A stretch of DNA of 64,000 bases from Mantamonas sphyraenae STR306 (GCA_026936335.1 JAPMXV010000044.1:248001-312000), one strand, 5' to 3'. Positions 12,069 through 25,471 are shown, counted from the stretch's first letter. Notes: generated by a model not told the origin, from the letters alone. Translations and numbers: made by a program.

Positions 12069-15000
12069 ATGTCGGCCAGACTTGTGGCCCTGGAGGATTT
12101 GCTGCAGGAACGTGGCGATCGTTTGAGCTCGTCGACGTCACGAGCCCACGAACGCGCTTCACTGTCGCGGTCACGACGCAGGGAAAGCCACTCCGGGATG
12201 GGGAGCGGCAACCCGGAACCACCCAGTGAACTGGTGGTGGGCAATGCGTCGTTGCTGGCGGAGGAACAGCATCAGGGGATGGTGGATGACGAGTCGATGC
12301 AGCAGCTGAGTCTGCCTGGCATGGCTGGGATGCGCGATTCGCAAAAGCGAATGAGCAGCCGACGACGAGCTGCACAGGCACACGCTTCCAGCGACGTCGA
12401 CTCGGCAGACGGCACCATTGGTATCTTGGAACAGCTGTCTGCGGAGCATAGTCGCAGCGCACGCATTGTACAGGCGTCGGCCAGACGCAATCCGCAGCAG
12501 CTGGCACACATGGAAGCGAGTCTGCCTCGGTCGCCGCACGTCTTCCCGTCCACAGGACGCACTCTGAAGCATGTGCAGGAACGCAGCTCGATCAAGAACA
12601 TGGCCCCAGCACTGAAAAAGCGCCTTCGTGAGCGCAAAGTGGACCACGTGCACGTGGTGAGCCGTGAGGACACGGAGAAGCAGCGGCGGTTGCTGAGGTG
12701 GGTTTTAGCAACGGCCAGATGGGTGCCGACTCCGCACGAGAAGCGGCCGCCTCCACCCCCCACGCTGACACCTTGCCCATGTACACACTGCTACGCGTAA
12801 TCTTGGCACACAGTTCTACAAAGCAGGGGTCGACAGGTGTACATAGCATGCAGAGGCTGGAGCAGTTACGACGAGTGCCGCAAGTGGACACTCGCACGCC
12901 GCTGGTAGGGTCTGGCGGAGAGGGTGAGTCCACAAGCACAAGCGTGTCTGCACGCATGCGTCACTTGGACACAAGCGACATGTTTCGCGAAGAGTTCCAG
13001 CTGCCAAACTACGAGGGAGCCAAGACGGAGAACTGGGGCCGGGTACTGGCAGGCGTCAAATCGGCACACCATTGGGCAGCCGAGGCATTCCGCAAGGGGA
13101 GCAAGAGCAAACTGGACCATCGCATGAAGGCGTCGGATCTGGTGTTGTATTACGACAACGCAGTGGCAGATGCGATGCACAAACACGCGCTGGACCCGCC
13201 GAGGGAGCAGCACAAGGCATTGGCCGAAATCAACGGGGAGGTGTTTGTTCTGTTGCAGAAACAGGTGCAAGAACGGTGTGGCGAACACGGCGAACTGCTC
13301 AGCAAGCTGTGGGACAGCCATCGATCACTGAACGCAGCGCAGCTGGGCGATGTGGAGGAGCACTATCAACGCGAGTACCGCAAGCAAGTGGACGACATCG
13401 AAGAGCAAAGTGAGTGATTGCATGAGCACAGACTGCACAGGGATTGTGTTGGAGTGGGATGGCATGATGGGGGATGAGGGATGCTCATGCTCACACACAC
13501 ACAAACACCTCGGCAGTTCAACGCGATCACAAGGTGCTTGTGAATGACCTGCGCGTTGCACACGAACGCGAAGCGGCAGAGTGGGCTGCGTTGAATCAGC
13601 AGCTGAAGCAGGTGACGCAAGTGTTGAAGAAAGAGCTGCGCAAATCGGAACGACGGATGGTCAACGTGGAGAACCAGTTCCAGTTTTACAAGTTCATTGA
13701 GGAGGACCAAACACGGCTGAGGCGGGTTCTGGCCAACAAAGACGAGGAGATTGCCGAGTTGCACAGTGTGTTGAACCAGTTTGAGCAGCTGCTGGGCGAA
13801 CTTCGCAACAGCTTTGAGAGCGGCACCGTGCCAGACTTTTCCATGGGCAACTTTCTGTCGCGCTCCTCCTCCGGAGCTGACGCGGGCGGCGCCGGTGGGT
13901 CTGCACGTCGCAGTGTTGAGTATGACGTGGGTCCACGTGGCTCGGGAAAGGTCCCGGAGCAGAACAAGCCTGTGGTGAAGCCCGGGCTTGTGGCGCCGGT
14001 GGCATTTGGCATCCAGGACGACACGAGGCAAGAAGACGAGGAAGAAGAATCGTCACGCAAGCCCAAGTACGTCAACAACTTCCAGTTCCTTCGATGGAAG
14101 AAGGACATCGAAGTGGTGCGTCGTTCGGTGATCGAGAAGCTGGAACGCGAGGCACGGGATCAGGAGCAGGGTCCCGTGGAGCAGGTGCAGCCCATCACGC
14201 TGGAATTTCACATTGTGGAGCCGCCGCCCAAGGAGACGGCCGAGTTTGAGTGCCAGTTCCCGGAGGGGGCCACGCTTGATCCGCGCAAGAAGCGCAAGAA
14301 GAAGAAAAAGGAAAACTGGAAGGCGCTGTGGTCCACCATCCACGCGGACGGCGCAGATGCAGAGGCAAGCAAGACGGTGAAGCACATTTGCAAGCTCATC
14401 AACAGCGTGTACGCACAAAAGGTGATGGAAGACGAGAGTGCGGACGCACAGTTCACGGCGCGGGTGTCGATGGAAAAGTTCATCTACCAGATGTTCCACA
14501 ACAAGTACGGCCTGAAGGAGCTGGCGGAACGGAATGTGGTGGAACTCATGGGCAATTGCGCAAAGTATGCGGGTGCCCACAAGAAGATTCGGCTGTTTGC
14601 GACGTTGTGCAACATCAACAGTGAGGCCGAGTGTTCGGCAAGCGACCTGAACTTCTTCCTGCACGTGTTTCGTCACGTGCAGCGCGTGCAGGAGATCAAC
14701 GACGACGCCACACAGGCACTGGGCATTGAAAAGGCAAACAAGATTGCCCGCTTTGTGTTTGGCGAACACATGAGCAGCCCCGCGCTGTTCCGCTTTGTGG
14801 CCGGCCTGCAAGACTTTGTGTACATCAAGCCGCGCCCCGGTGGCACCAGCAAGAAGAGCAAGTGGAGCGCGGCGGGGATTGCGGCACGCCGGCAATCGAA
14901 CACGCTGGGTGTGCCCGGGATGGGCAACAGCATGCGTCGCAGCGCGTCGTCCGGGAGCGCAAGCAGCGGGAGCAGTTCAGAGGAGGAGGAGAATGAGGAT

Positions 15001-15741
15001 GCGGAAATCACGGCCACTGCACGTGCCGCAGCCGCGCTGATGAACGCCAAGATTGCGGTTGGTGTCGGCGGCGGCGGCGGCGACAAGCGTCTGTCGTTTG
15101 CAAGTACGGTGGGCTCTGTGACGTCCAACGTGCCCACGTTTGCGGAAGGGTTTGAGATGATCACTGTGGACGACTTTCTGGAGTACATGCTGGAAGAGTG
15201 GCAGCGAGGCAAGTACGACAAGTCGTTCCACGTCAAGCTTGCGTTGGCGGGCGACTCGCGTGGAGCTGGGTTCCTGACATGGGTGGATTTCGAGCACATG
15301 GTCAAGTTGGCGCTGCCAAACGCAAAGCAGGACGAGCTGATGCACACGTTTGGCATGCGTGCAGTGGCCAACGAGGAACTGGGGGCCACAGTGATGACCC
15401 GTGAGCATTGCGTGGAGGTGCTGGAGCAGTATGGCGTACCGGTGATGTTTATGACTGCAGACGACCTGAAAACGACCACGGTGGCCGAACTGGAGGACGA
15501 GTGGCGTCAGATGGAAGCCAAGGTGGAACATGAGATGGAGGTGTTGATGGAAGAGGGTCAACAGGAGGCGGCTTTGTTTCTGGAAATGCGACGCACTCGC
15601 TTCTGGGAGCTTGTGAGCGAAAGTGACATCCATGTGCAGGTTGTGTGGTTGGCGTTGAAGCTTGTTCAGTGCATGATGACCAACCTGGCCAAGCAGAGAA
15701 AGGTGCAAAAGGGAGCAGGAAAGGGACACCACAGGCGCTGA
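12069..15741 (+). CDS. Coiled-coil protein with an axonemal dynein light chain (p28)-like segment, a TSNAXIP1-like domain and an EF-hand-like C-terminus; probably flagellar; exons 12069-12697, ~12814-13409, 13517-15741
   Basis: EVFVLLQKQVQERCGEHGELLSKLW; LINSVYAQKV..FIYQMFHNKYGLKELAE..IRLFATLC; DSRGAGFLTWVDF. In-phase GT-AG introns. Confidence 0.65.
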
Positions 15742-15771
15742 GGAACCAAACAAAAACCTGCAGGAGAAGCC

Positions 15772-16509
15772 ATGGAGGCACGCAATAGGAAAGTGAGGCG
15801 GTTTGCCATGTTGGATGTGCTGGTCCAGCTGGGTTGGATGGGAGTGGGCATAGGGGTGCAGTCAAGCAGCGGCCTGTACGTCACTCTCCTTGTGGCTGCT
15901 GTGCTCAATGTTGCATGCGCCGTGTACATGTTGGTGCGCATGGGTGGCGGGGCGCCCAAGTTTGAGCAGGCAGCGACGGTGCGGTTCACAGGTCTGTTTG
16001 TAGGGCTGGCGCTGGACACGGCTGCGGTGGGACAGGGGTTATCCAACTTTGTCGAGTCGTTCGTGGAGATGAAGCTGTCCGACCGGGTGGGCATGTTCCT
16101 GTCGGCAATGCTGATCATTATGACGGCGTCCATGATGGTGAGCTGGCGTGCGTTGAACATGGCGCTGCTGGAAGGCGTACACAAACGCAGAGCCGCGGCA
16201 GTTGATGACGCAGCAACGGACGGCCAAGACGAGCAACCACAGCCGGGAGACGGCGTGTACAGTGTGGGAAGCGCAGATGACGACGAAGACGAGGCCGAGG
16301 GAGATGCACGTGATGCAGCAGATGCGCCGCAGCCTTCTTCGGCGTCGGTGGAGGTTCAGTCGTCTGGCGTGGCCTCCGACGTGTCTGCAGGAGGCAGTGC
16401 ACAGGGTGGAACCACACAGGTGGAAGGGGGAGAATCACAAGTGAGTGTCGCGAGTGTGGATGTGATTGTGGAAGGCCAGGATGAGGATGACGGGGGTGTG
16501 CGGGTGTGA
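15772..16509 (+). CDS. Hypothetical 4-TM membrane protein with acidic tail
   Basis: Four hydrophobic segments followed by a D/E/S-rich tail; coding-like codon usage. Confidence 0.65.
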   Translation: MEARNRKVRRFAMLDVLVQLGWMGVGIGVQSSSGLYVTLLVAAVLNVACAVYMLVRMGGGAPKFEQAATVRFTGLFVGLALDTAAVGQGLSNFVESFVEMKLSDRVGMFLSAMLIIMTASMMVSWRALNMALLEGVHKRRAAAVDDAATDGQDEQPQPGDGVYSVGSADDDEDEAEGDARDAADAPQPSSASVEVQSSGVASDVSAGGSAQGGTTQVEGGESQVSVASVDVIVEGQDEDDGGVRV

Positions 16510-16547
16510 TGGCAATGATCATGTTCCATTTTTCGCCGCATTGCTCA

Positions 16548-18122
16548 TCACCCACTGCCGTTGAGGATCTCAATGTACTTGTCCAGCCTATGGCACGAGA
16601 CAAAGAGGAAGAGGTTGGACGGCGAGAGGCTGCAGCACCACGAGGTGCAGGAGTGGCAGGTGACCAACTTTTCGCCCGCCACGTGCGTGTAGCCCATGGA
16701 CTGGGGTGGCACCTTGGACACCACATCCGTGCCTGTCTTGGTGGATCCAAGACGGAAGCCATCACCGCTGTTGTCATCGTCGCTGCTGCTGCTGCTGCTG
16801 CTCTTCTTGCTGCTGCGGCGGAAAAACCAAGCGTTCTCGTCGGCCACGTCCTCCTCGTCAGCCTGATCCTCCTCATCGTCCGAGTCGCTGTCGTCCGAGT
16901 CGCTGTCCTGGAGCAACGAGTGGAGCACCTCTTCTTCGGTGGCAGTAGGCACGGCCTGCAACGTGCGCAGCAACTTCAGATGTTCCTGCGGTTCCTTGAG
17001 CATGCGCTCCATCACGTGGCGCTCGTGCTGCTCGTCCTCCGTCTCATTGCTGTCCGTGTCAAACAGACAGCCGCGTGTCTTGTACTGTCCGACATAGCGC
17101 GTGGTCTTGGTGCCAAGTCGCGCGTTGTACTCGCTGGCAAACGTAGCATCGCCCTCACGAGGCGATCCAAAAGTGACGACCTTGCGCACATTGCCGTTGA
17201 GGAAGGTGCTGAGGTCCAGCGCAGCGTAGATGGCGAGCACGCCGCCCAGCGAGTGGCCGCCCATGTGGAAGCGGTAGCCCTGGCTGCGCAGACGCGTCAC
17301 AGTGCTCATGTACTTGCTCGTGCTGCGCACAGAGTTGTACGCAGTCAGGAAGCCGCGGTGGGCCTTGCCACGCACGCACTGAGTGCCGAAGCACGCCTTG
17401 ACGAGACCAACGGCAAAGTTGGTCTGCACCCAGTCCTTCAGAAACTCGCTCCACGAGGACTTTTCAGAGCCGCGGAACATAATGTAGGCATCCTTGGTGC
17501 CCTCCTTGGTCAGGATCATTCCCTCGGCGCCGGACGACGGGCGAAACGCGTGCTCCATCTTGAAGAACGTGTCGCGGCCCGACTGCTTGAAGCGAACACG
17601 CTCACCATCCTTCCAGGGGTTGGAACGATCGTAGGCAAGCTTGGAAAGGTACACATACGTCTTGTCGCCGCTGTACTCGCCGTAGTAGTGGCCGCGCGCG
17701 TCCTTGATTGCACCGTTGTGGACACCAGCGTTGTCAGAATCGGAAATCAGCTCGGCCTGGTCCGGGTCAATCACATGGGTGGCGCGGTACAGCATGCGGG
17801 CAGCTGTGTGTGTGTGTGTGGCCGGGTGAGCAAAGGAAAGGGGGGGTGGTTTTCCACCGAAACACGCAGAATGTGCTGAGCTGGAGGGTTTTTCTCAGGC
17901 GTCCAACGCACCACTGGGACTTCGTTGCACGAGCTGCATGACGTCACCGCCACGGTGAAGCGTGTCTTGAATGCGGTCAAGGGTCATCACGTCCTCGATA
18001 TCCTCGGCGTCGAGGCCGTGCTTTTGGAGCAGTTCCTGGCGCATCTCCAGCAGGGACGGGCGAGCGAGGCATCCTGCAGCCAGAACGACCAGCAATGCAA
18101 TGACTACAGTTGGTCGTGACAT
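16548..18122 (-). CDS. Secreted class-3 lipase; exon 1 18122-~17912 (signal peptide), exon 2 ~17803-16548
   Basis: Signal MSRPTVVIALLVVLAAGCLA; FRGS, HRGF, GHSLGG nucleophile, TFGSPR.G, DVVSKVPP, H..DKY. Confidence 0.9.
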
Positions 18123-18180
18123 GCTGGGTAGGGGTGGTTGTGGGTGTGGTTTGTGTGCATGCCAGGGCGACGGTGAGGCC

Positions 18181-19084
18181 ACAAAAACCCAACCCTCAAA
18201 ACGATGAAGACAATCACTTTTGCAATGACCCTTCTGGTGCTGGTGGCCTTTGCCCAGGCGGACATCTGGTCGTACTGTGGCACGAGTGCTGACCACTTCA
18301 CCATCAAGAACGTGACGATTGTGCCGGACCCGCCCACGAAGAACAGCCACATCAACATCACGGCTGATGGCACCCTGGGTGAGTGCAGAGACGAGTGTGA
18401 AGACGAAGGTGGAGAGTGGCCGGGCACAGAGACGGACGCATAGAGGCTGGAAGGAGTGTGGAAAGAGAGTGCAAGATTCACGCGAAAGAGGAGAGGGCAG
18501 AAAACGGCTTTCGGGCCAACGTAGACACTGACACAGTTGCACGTGCACGCTTCCAATGCACCACACAGACGAGGAAGTGACTGACGGCAAGGCAAACATC
18601 CTGCTGTACTTCAGCGGAATCAAGATTCTGGACAAAACGGTGGGTCAAGTTTGGGTGATGGGGATAAGATTCAACGTTTTGGGCGGGCGAGTGAAGTAGA
18701 AACTGACACATGAGCATGCGGGGGGAACACACAACAGTACGACGCATGCACACTGGACCCGCAGATCAAGTGCCCGTTCCCCAAGGGACCGACGACGCTG
18801 AAGGTGTCTGAGTTTCTGCCGAGCGACGTGCCGAGTGGACACTACACGGGCACGGTGACTCTGAACGACCAGAACAACTCGGAGATCACGTGCATCAAGC
18901 TGGATTTTCATCTGTAAACACCCGTTTTGTGTGTCCAATGCTGTGTGCTGTCTTGTGCGGTGGGGGGTTTGATTTTCACTGGATTTGGGCAAGGTCTTTG
19001 CGGAGGAGGATCATGCTGGTCTGGAGATCCGGGACGTCGCCTGTCTCTGGGTCGACGTCGGGCACCTGAAGGGAATGGTGGGAG
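18181..19084. repeat. Inverted segmental duplication, arm B; includes an orphan fragment of the NBR1-like 3' end (18976-19084, minus strand)
   Basis: SLQVPDVDPETGDVPDLQTSMILLRKDLAQIQ* is encoded identically here and at ~7351-7449. Confidence 0.95.
18204..18917 (+). CDS. Secreted ML-domain protein, copy B; exons 18204-18378, 18569-18639, 18738-18917
   Basis: Same structure as copy A, with intact splice sites and TAA. Confidence 0.88.
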
Positions 19085-19162
19085 GCACAGGACTCTGGCG
19101 TCCGAGCGCGGTCGTGCGCAATCTTTCCCGTTCGTCGTTTCGCCCTCGTCCTGTCAGTCACC

Positions 19163-22100
19163 ATGGGACGCACGCGAGTAACTTCGACACGTGTGTGTAC
19201 ATGCACCATGCTGGTGCTTTTGGGCACACTGGTCCTAATGGTGCAGCCAGGGCACTCGTTTGAGGATCATCCAGACATTCTGCCGTCTGATCACCCTGGC
19301 GTTGAAGATGTGGACATGAGCGGACATCACGGAGACGGGTGCCTGCACGACCACGTGGTGGAGAACATGCGCACCACGCACAAGCCCCAGTATGTGCGTG
19401 TGAAGCACGAGCACGAAGAAGAGGAACAAAAGGGCAGTGTCGGCGCCCGTCGGCTCCTCACTCATCTGCCGTACAACAACATCCGAGTGTACTACGACTA
19501 CTCGAGCATCGATGGAAGTGACTCGAAGCGATGCACATCGAACGGTAAGTGTTTCCTTATGGTGGTGTGCTGTGTGTGTGTGTGTTGGGCATGCGACGTG
19601 TGCGCATTCCCGAAATCCAGTGCGTTTTTACGTTTTGCTCACGCGCGTTCTTTTCGCCGCCACAGGCCAAGTAATCGATGGATACACGTGCACGACCGCC
19701 GACATCCTTGACACCACAAAACGCGACTACTTGAAGAACACGTTGCTCCCGGAGGCCAAGGCATGGATCGACGGGGCCTTCAAGGTCAACCGGGTGTCCG
19801 GAAACCTTGTGCTCACAGGCTCGTCCACCTGCTACCAAGCACCCATCCCGTCGTCGCTGCAAACCACTGGTGCTCCGAACGCAGATATCATCCTAATGGT
19901 GACCGCGCGCCCCATCTCGGGCTCTGCGGTGGCATGGGCCGCCGGCTGCAAGTACGATTCCACGTACGGCCGTCCGATTGCCGGCCACATCAACTTTGGC
20001 CCCAAGAACCTCAAGACGGACGCAGCATCGCGCGCAAGCCAGGTTGGCATTGCCATCCACGAGGTGTCGCATGTGCTGGGCTTCAGCAGCTACTTCTATG
20101 ACAAGTTCCGTGACGCGAGCCACAACGTGCGTCCGCTGTCGCAGGTGAAACAGGACTCGACGCTGTGGGATGCCAATCACGCCATTTCTAAAATCATCAC
20201 GTCGCGTGTGGTTACAGAAACCCGCGCTTATTTCGGATGCAGCAACGCGCCAGGCCTTCAGCTGGAGGACGCTGGCAGCTCGGGTTCGGCAGGGTCGCAC
20301 TGGGACAAACGTCTCATGTATGACGACTGGATGAACCCGAGTGCCGACAGCAACCCAAAGTACACTCGCATCACCTTTGCGTACTTTGAGGACACGGGCC
20401 ACTACCAGATGGACTACACCAAGGTGAGCGAATCGACGTGGGGCAAGGCCAAGGGCTGCGCGTTTCTGAACGACAAGTGTAGCGCATGGCCGTCGAGCTG
20501 GGGCTACTTTTGCTCCCAGACCGGTGTGCCGTACTGCACGGCGGATCGCATGGCGCGCGGGTATTGCGGCATTTCGACGTGGTCAGCCGACCTGCCCACC
20601 TGGAACCAGTACTTCCCGGGTGAGCCACGCAAGGGTGGATCGTCCCAGTATGCAGACTATTGTCCAATCGTGCGAGGGTACAGCAACGGCGACTGCGAGG
20701 TGCCGGCCAACCACATCTCGCAGAAAATCTACGGCCAAACATACGCCACGGGTAGCCGTTGCTTCATGTCGACGGTAATCCAAAGCAACTACCAGGCGCA
20801 GTCGACGTACAATGACCGCTGCTTCCTGCACAGCTGCAGCAACGGCGTTCTGAGCATCACGGTCGGGTCACAAACTCAGGCCTGCCCCACCAACGGTGGC
20901 AACCTGGGTGGCTGGACGGGATACACAGGCAATGTGCAGTGCCCGCCTGCTTCTGATCTCTGTCCCTCTGGCGTCACCTGTCCCGGCGGAGGAAACTGCA
21001 ACGGGCAGGGAACGTGCAACACACAGACCGGCGTGTGCACATGTCAGCAGGATTGGACCGGGTCTGGATGCACGACGGCGTCGACGATTGCCCTGTCCAG
21101 CCTGACACCCAGCTCTGGCACCACGGCGGGTGGTACGAGCGTCACTCTGGCTGGATCCAACTTTAAGAACGATCGCGGACAGATCCGTGTTCGCTTTGGC
21201 ACCAGCGCTGTGAACGGAGCATACGTGAGTGCCACGCGCATCACGGCGACGAGTCCCAGTGGGTCTGCTGGGAACGTGCAGGTGAGCGTGAGCATGAACG
21301 GAGGAACCGAGTATTCTTCATCGACCAGGACGTTCACATACCAGACACCCGCACCGACGTGCCCTGGTGGAGGTAATTGCAACAACCATGGCACGTGCAA
21401 CACGCAGACCGGCGTGTGCACATGCGAACAAGACTGGACCGGGTCTGGATGCACGACGGCGTCGACGATTGCCCTGTCCAGCCTGACACCCAGCTCTGGC
21501 ACTACGGCGGGTGGTACGAGCGTCACTCTGGCTGGATCCAACTTTAAGAACGATCGCGGACAGATCCGTGTGCGCTTTGGCACCAGCGCTGTGAACGGAG
21601 CATACGTGAGCGCCACGCGCATCACGGCGACGAGTCCCAGTGGGTCTGCTGGGAACGTGCAGGTGAGCGTGAGCATGAACGGAGGAACCGAGTATTCTTC
21701 ATCGACCAGGACGTTCACATACCAGACACCCGCACCGACATGCCCTGGTGGAGGTAATTGCAACAACCATGGCACGTGCAACACGCAGACCGGCGTGTGC
21801 ACATGCGAACAAGACTGGACCGGTTCTGGATGCACGACGGCGTCGACGATTGCTCTGTCCAGCCTGACACCCAGCTCTGGCACCACGGCGGGTGGTACGA
21901 GCGTCACTCTGGCTGGATCCAACTTTAAGAACGATCGCGGACAGATCCGTGTTCGCTTTGGCACCAGCGCTGTGAACGGAGCATACGTGAGTGCCACGCG
22001 CATCACGGCGACGAGTCCCAGTGGGTCTGCTGGGAACGTGCAGGTGAGCGTGAGCATGAACGGAGGAACCGAGTATTCTTCATCGACCAGGACGTTCACA

Positions 22101-25100
22101 TACCAGACACCCGCACCGACGTGCCCTGGTGGAGGTAATTGCAACAACCATGGCACGTGCAACACGCAGACCGGCGTGTGCACATGCGAACAAGACTGGA
22201 CCGGGTCTGGATGCACGACGGCGTCGACGATTGCCCTGTCCAGCCTGACACCCAGCTCTGGCACTACGGCGGGTGGTACGAGCGTCACTCTGGCTGGATC
22301 CAACTTTAAGAACGATCGCGGACAGATCCGTGTGCGCTTTGGCACCAGCGCTGTGAACGGAGCATACGTGAGCGCCACGCGCATCACGGCGACGAGTCCC
22401 AGTGGGTCTGCTGGGAACGTGCAGGTGAGCGTGAGCATGAACGGAGGAACCGAGTATTCTTCATCGACCAGGACGTTCACATACCAGACACCCGCACCGA
22501 CGTGCCCTGGTGGAGGAAACTGCAACGGAGAGGGAACCTGCAACACGCAGACCGGCGTGTGCACGTGTCAGCAGGATTGGACCGGAGCAGGATGCACGAC
22601 GGCGTCGACGATTGTCGTGTCTGGCTTGTCGCCAAACACGGGCACCACAGCAGGCGGCACGAGCGTCACTGTGTCTGGTTCCAACTTTAAGAACGACCGC
22701 GGCCAGATCCGTGTTCGATTCGGTCCCAACACGGTGGACGGAGCGTACGTGAGCGCCACGCGCATCACAGCCACGAGTCCCAGCCACAGTGCGGGCAGCG
22801 TGCAGGTGAGCGTGAGCATGAACGGAGGCACCGAGTTTTCCGCCTCGAGCCAGGCATTTACGTACCAAACGCCGACGCCGACGTGCCCTGGTGGAGGCAA
22901 TTGCAACAACCATGGCACGTGCAACACGCAGACAGGTGTGTGCACCTGCGAGCAGGATTGGGCCGGAGCAGGATGCACGACCGCATCCACCATCGCCGTG
23001 TCCAGCCTGACCCCCAACAGTGGCGTGTTGGCAGGTGGTACAACAGTGACCGTGACGGGATCCAACTTTAAGAACGACCGCGGCCAGATTCGTGTGCGCT
23101 TTGGCACCAACACTGTGAACGGAGCGTATGTGAGCGCCACGCGCATCACGGCCACCAGCCCGAGCCACACCACAGCGGGTGGTGTGCAGGTGAGCGTGAG
23201 CATGAACGGAGGGACAGAGTTTTCAACGTCGACAGCCACGTACACGTACATTGCCAACACGCCGCAGTGTCCCGGCGGAGGCAATTGCAACGGACAGGGT
23301 ACGTGCAACACGCAGACGGGTGTGTGCACCTGCTTCCAGGACTGGGACGGCCAGGACTGCACGACGGCATCGCCGGTGTCGATTGCATCGTTCTCACCGA
23401 CCGAGGGACGCATTGGTGGTGGCACTGCCCTCACGCTGAACGGAGCCAATTTCAAGAACGACCGCGGTCAGATTCGCGTTCGTCTGGGTGAGGCCGAGGT
23501 GGATGGAACGTTTGTGAGCGGCACACGCATCACGGCCACGACGCCAGCTGTGGCCTCTGCCGCCGATGTGTACCCCAAGGTGTCGCTGAACGGAGGCGCA
23601 GAGTATGCCAACGCCACGTCAGTGTTTGCATACCGTGTTTCTGTGTGTGGTGACACGATTGTGGATGCCCCGGAGGACTGTGATCATCCGGGTGCCGCGT
23701 GTTGCGACGCAACCACTTGCATGTTCCTCAACGCCACACGCGTGTGCCGCGCCAGCGTAGGAGAATGCGACGTGGCGGACAACTGCACGGGATCATCGCC
23801 GTACTGTCCTGCCGACGTGCTGCGCGGCTCCGATTGGATCTGCCGCTTTCCGACCTCGCTGTGTGATGCGCCGGAAAAGTGCGACGGGTGGACGAGCTCA
23901 TGCGCAGGCAACAAGATCCACGTGGAGGGCGCAGCGTGCAACGACAGCAACGTGTGCACAACAGGCGATGCTTGCAACGCTGGCGGCGTGTGTGTGGGGT
24001 GAGCTGACCGCATGCGGGTGCACCAGCGACGCACAGTGCACCACGGCGTCCAGCTGCCAAACGGCAACATGTGTCAACAACACCTGCGTGTACACGGACA
24101 AGGCGGACGGCACAGCGTGCAGCAATGGCGACACGTGTGCCTCCTCGGCGTCGTGTAGCGCAGGAGTCTGTGTCTCGCGTTGCAACAACGATTGCAACGG
24201 CCACGGAACCTGTTGCAACGACGTGTGCACGTGCGACCACGGCTGGCAGCAGGCAGTCAACTGCACGGTGGGACCGCCTGCGCTGGCCAGTGGTGACACA
24301 CACTCGGCTGCCATTTCCGCTCGCACCTATGAGTTTATCATGGTGCCCGTGGCCGCCCTGCAGGCTGTGGCAGGTGGCAGCAGTACGTCGCGTCGTCTGC
24401 TTCAGGCGGCAGCGGAGGCTGTCAACGTGAGCGTGACCCTCAATCTGCGCACTGTTGGCAACCCGGAGGACGTGGCCATGTTCATCAACCCGGGCCGTGC
24501 TGCCGGCGCCACCGATGCCGCGTGGTCGTCCAACGGCCAGTCGGACATCACTGTGCTCACGCCGTCCAACTTGGATCTGTACGTGTCGGTGTACGCATTC
24601 GTGGCCACCAACTTCTCCCTGGCCACCGAGGTCAAGGCGGTGCCTGCTGCCGCGGCCGCGCCCAAGAAGGCACCTGCGCCGTACGATTGGCTGCAGGACC
24701 CAATTGTGATTGGGGCCGGAGCAGGCGGCCTGTCCCTCTTGGTCATCCTGGCCGGCGTAGGCCTGTACTGGCGCCACAAGCGCAACGGCGGAGGCAGCAT
24801 CAGCGGCGCCTGGAAGGGTTCGTTCACCAACAAGTATGCCACCAACAAGAAGCCCAAGAAGGGCATCCAGAGGGACAACAGTGGGACGAGCAATCGGGCT
24901 GCGTCGTATGCGCTTGGAAACAACAACAACAGCAGCAACAGCAACAAGCCGAGCGGTGGAAACAGCTTGGAGATGCGCCCGTTGGTGACGGGTGGTGCAG
25001 CAGGTGGCGCAGCAGGTGGCGCAGGAGTTGGTGGGGGTTCTGTGCAGAGCGCACGGGTGCTGTACGACTTTGAGGCACGCAGTGGGGCAGAGATGAGCGT

Positions 25101-25436
25101 GCGTGCGGGCCAGATGGTGGATGTGGTGGAGACGGGGCCCGAGTGGACTCGTGTGAAGCCCAAGGGTGGTTGGCAACAGGGCAGCGTGCCGACAAACTAC
25201 CTGGAGATGGTGCGCCACACACCGGCACACTCTGCTGCACCACGCATCGGCATTGTGCCCACACCGCAGGTCAGGCAGCAGCAACCCAAGCCAACTCCTC
25301 AGCAGAGCAAGCCCACACCCCAGCCCAAGCCGAAGCCCAAGCAGCAGAAGCCCAAGCCGCAACCCAAGCAGAACAGCAACAGCAACAGCAGCAACAGCAA
25401 CGCGAATCCCTTTGGCGTCACGTTGCGTTCGACCAA

Positions 25437-25471
<35 letters not shown>

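Noticed and set aside
16725-17075. Intein in the lipase (insert begins near CLFDT)
   Set aside because: No C-terminal HN-C/S/T or block B motif; the insert is low-complexity and acidic.
7341-19084. Composite transposon with long terminal inverted repeats
   Set aside because: The arms are host gene sequence; no transposase or target-site duplication was seen.
20979-23640. CRISPR array or non-coding satellite
   Set aside because: No unique spacers; these are in-frame coding domain repeats in a eukaryotic gene.
23990-24030. Programmed frameshift, pseudogene or 28-nt mini-intron in the M8 gene
   Set aside because: Removing one G from the GGGG run restores a sensible Cys pattern (CVGELTACGCTSDAQC), so a sequencing indel is simplest. 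An in-frame gtgagc..ccag intron is possible but far shorter than the other introns; reads are needed.
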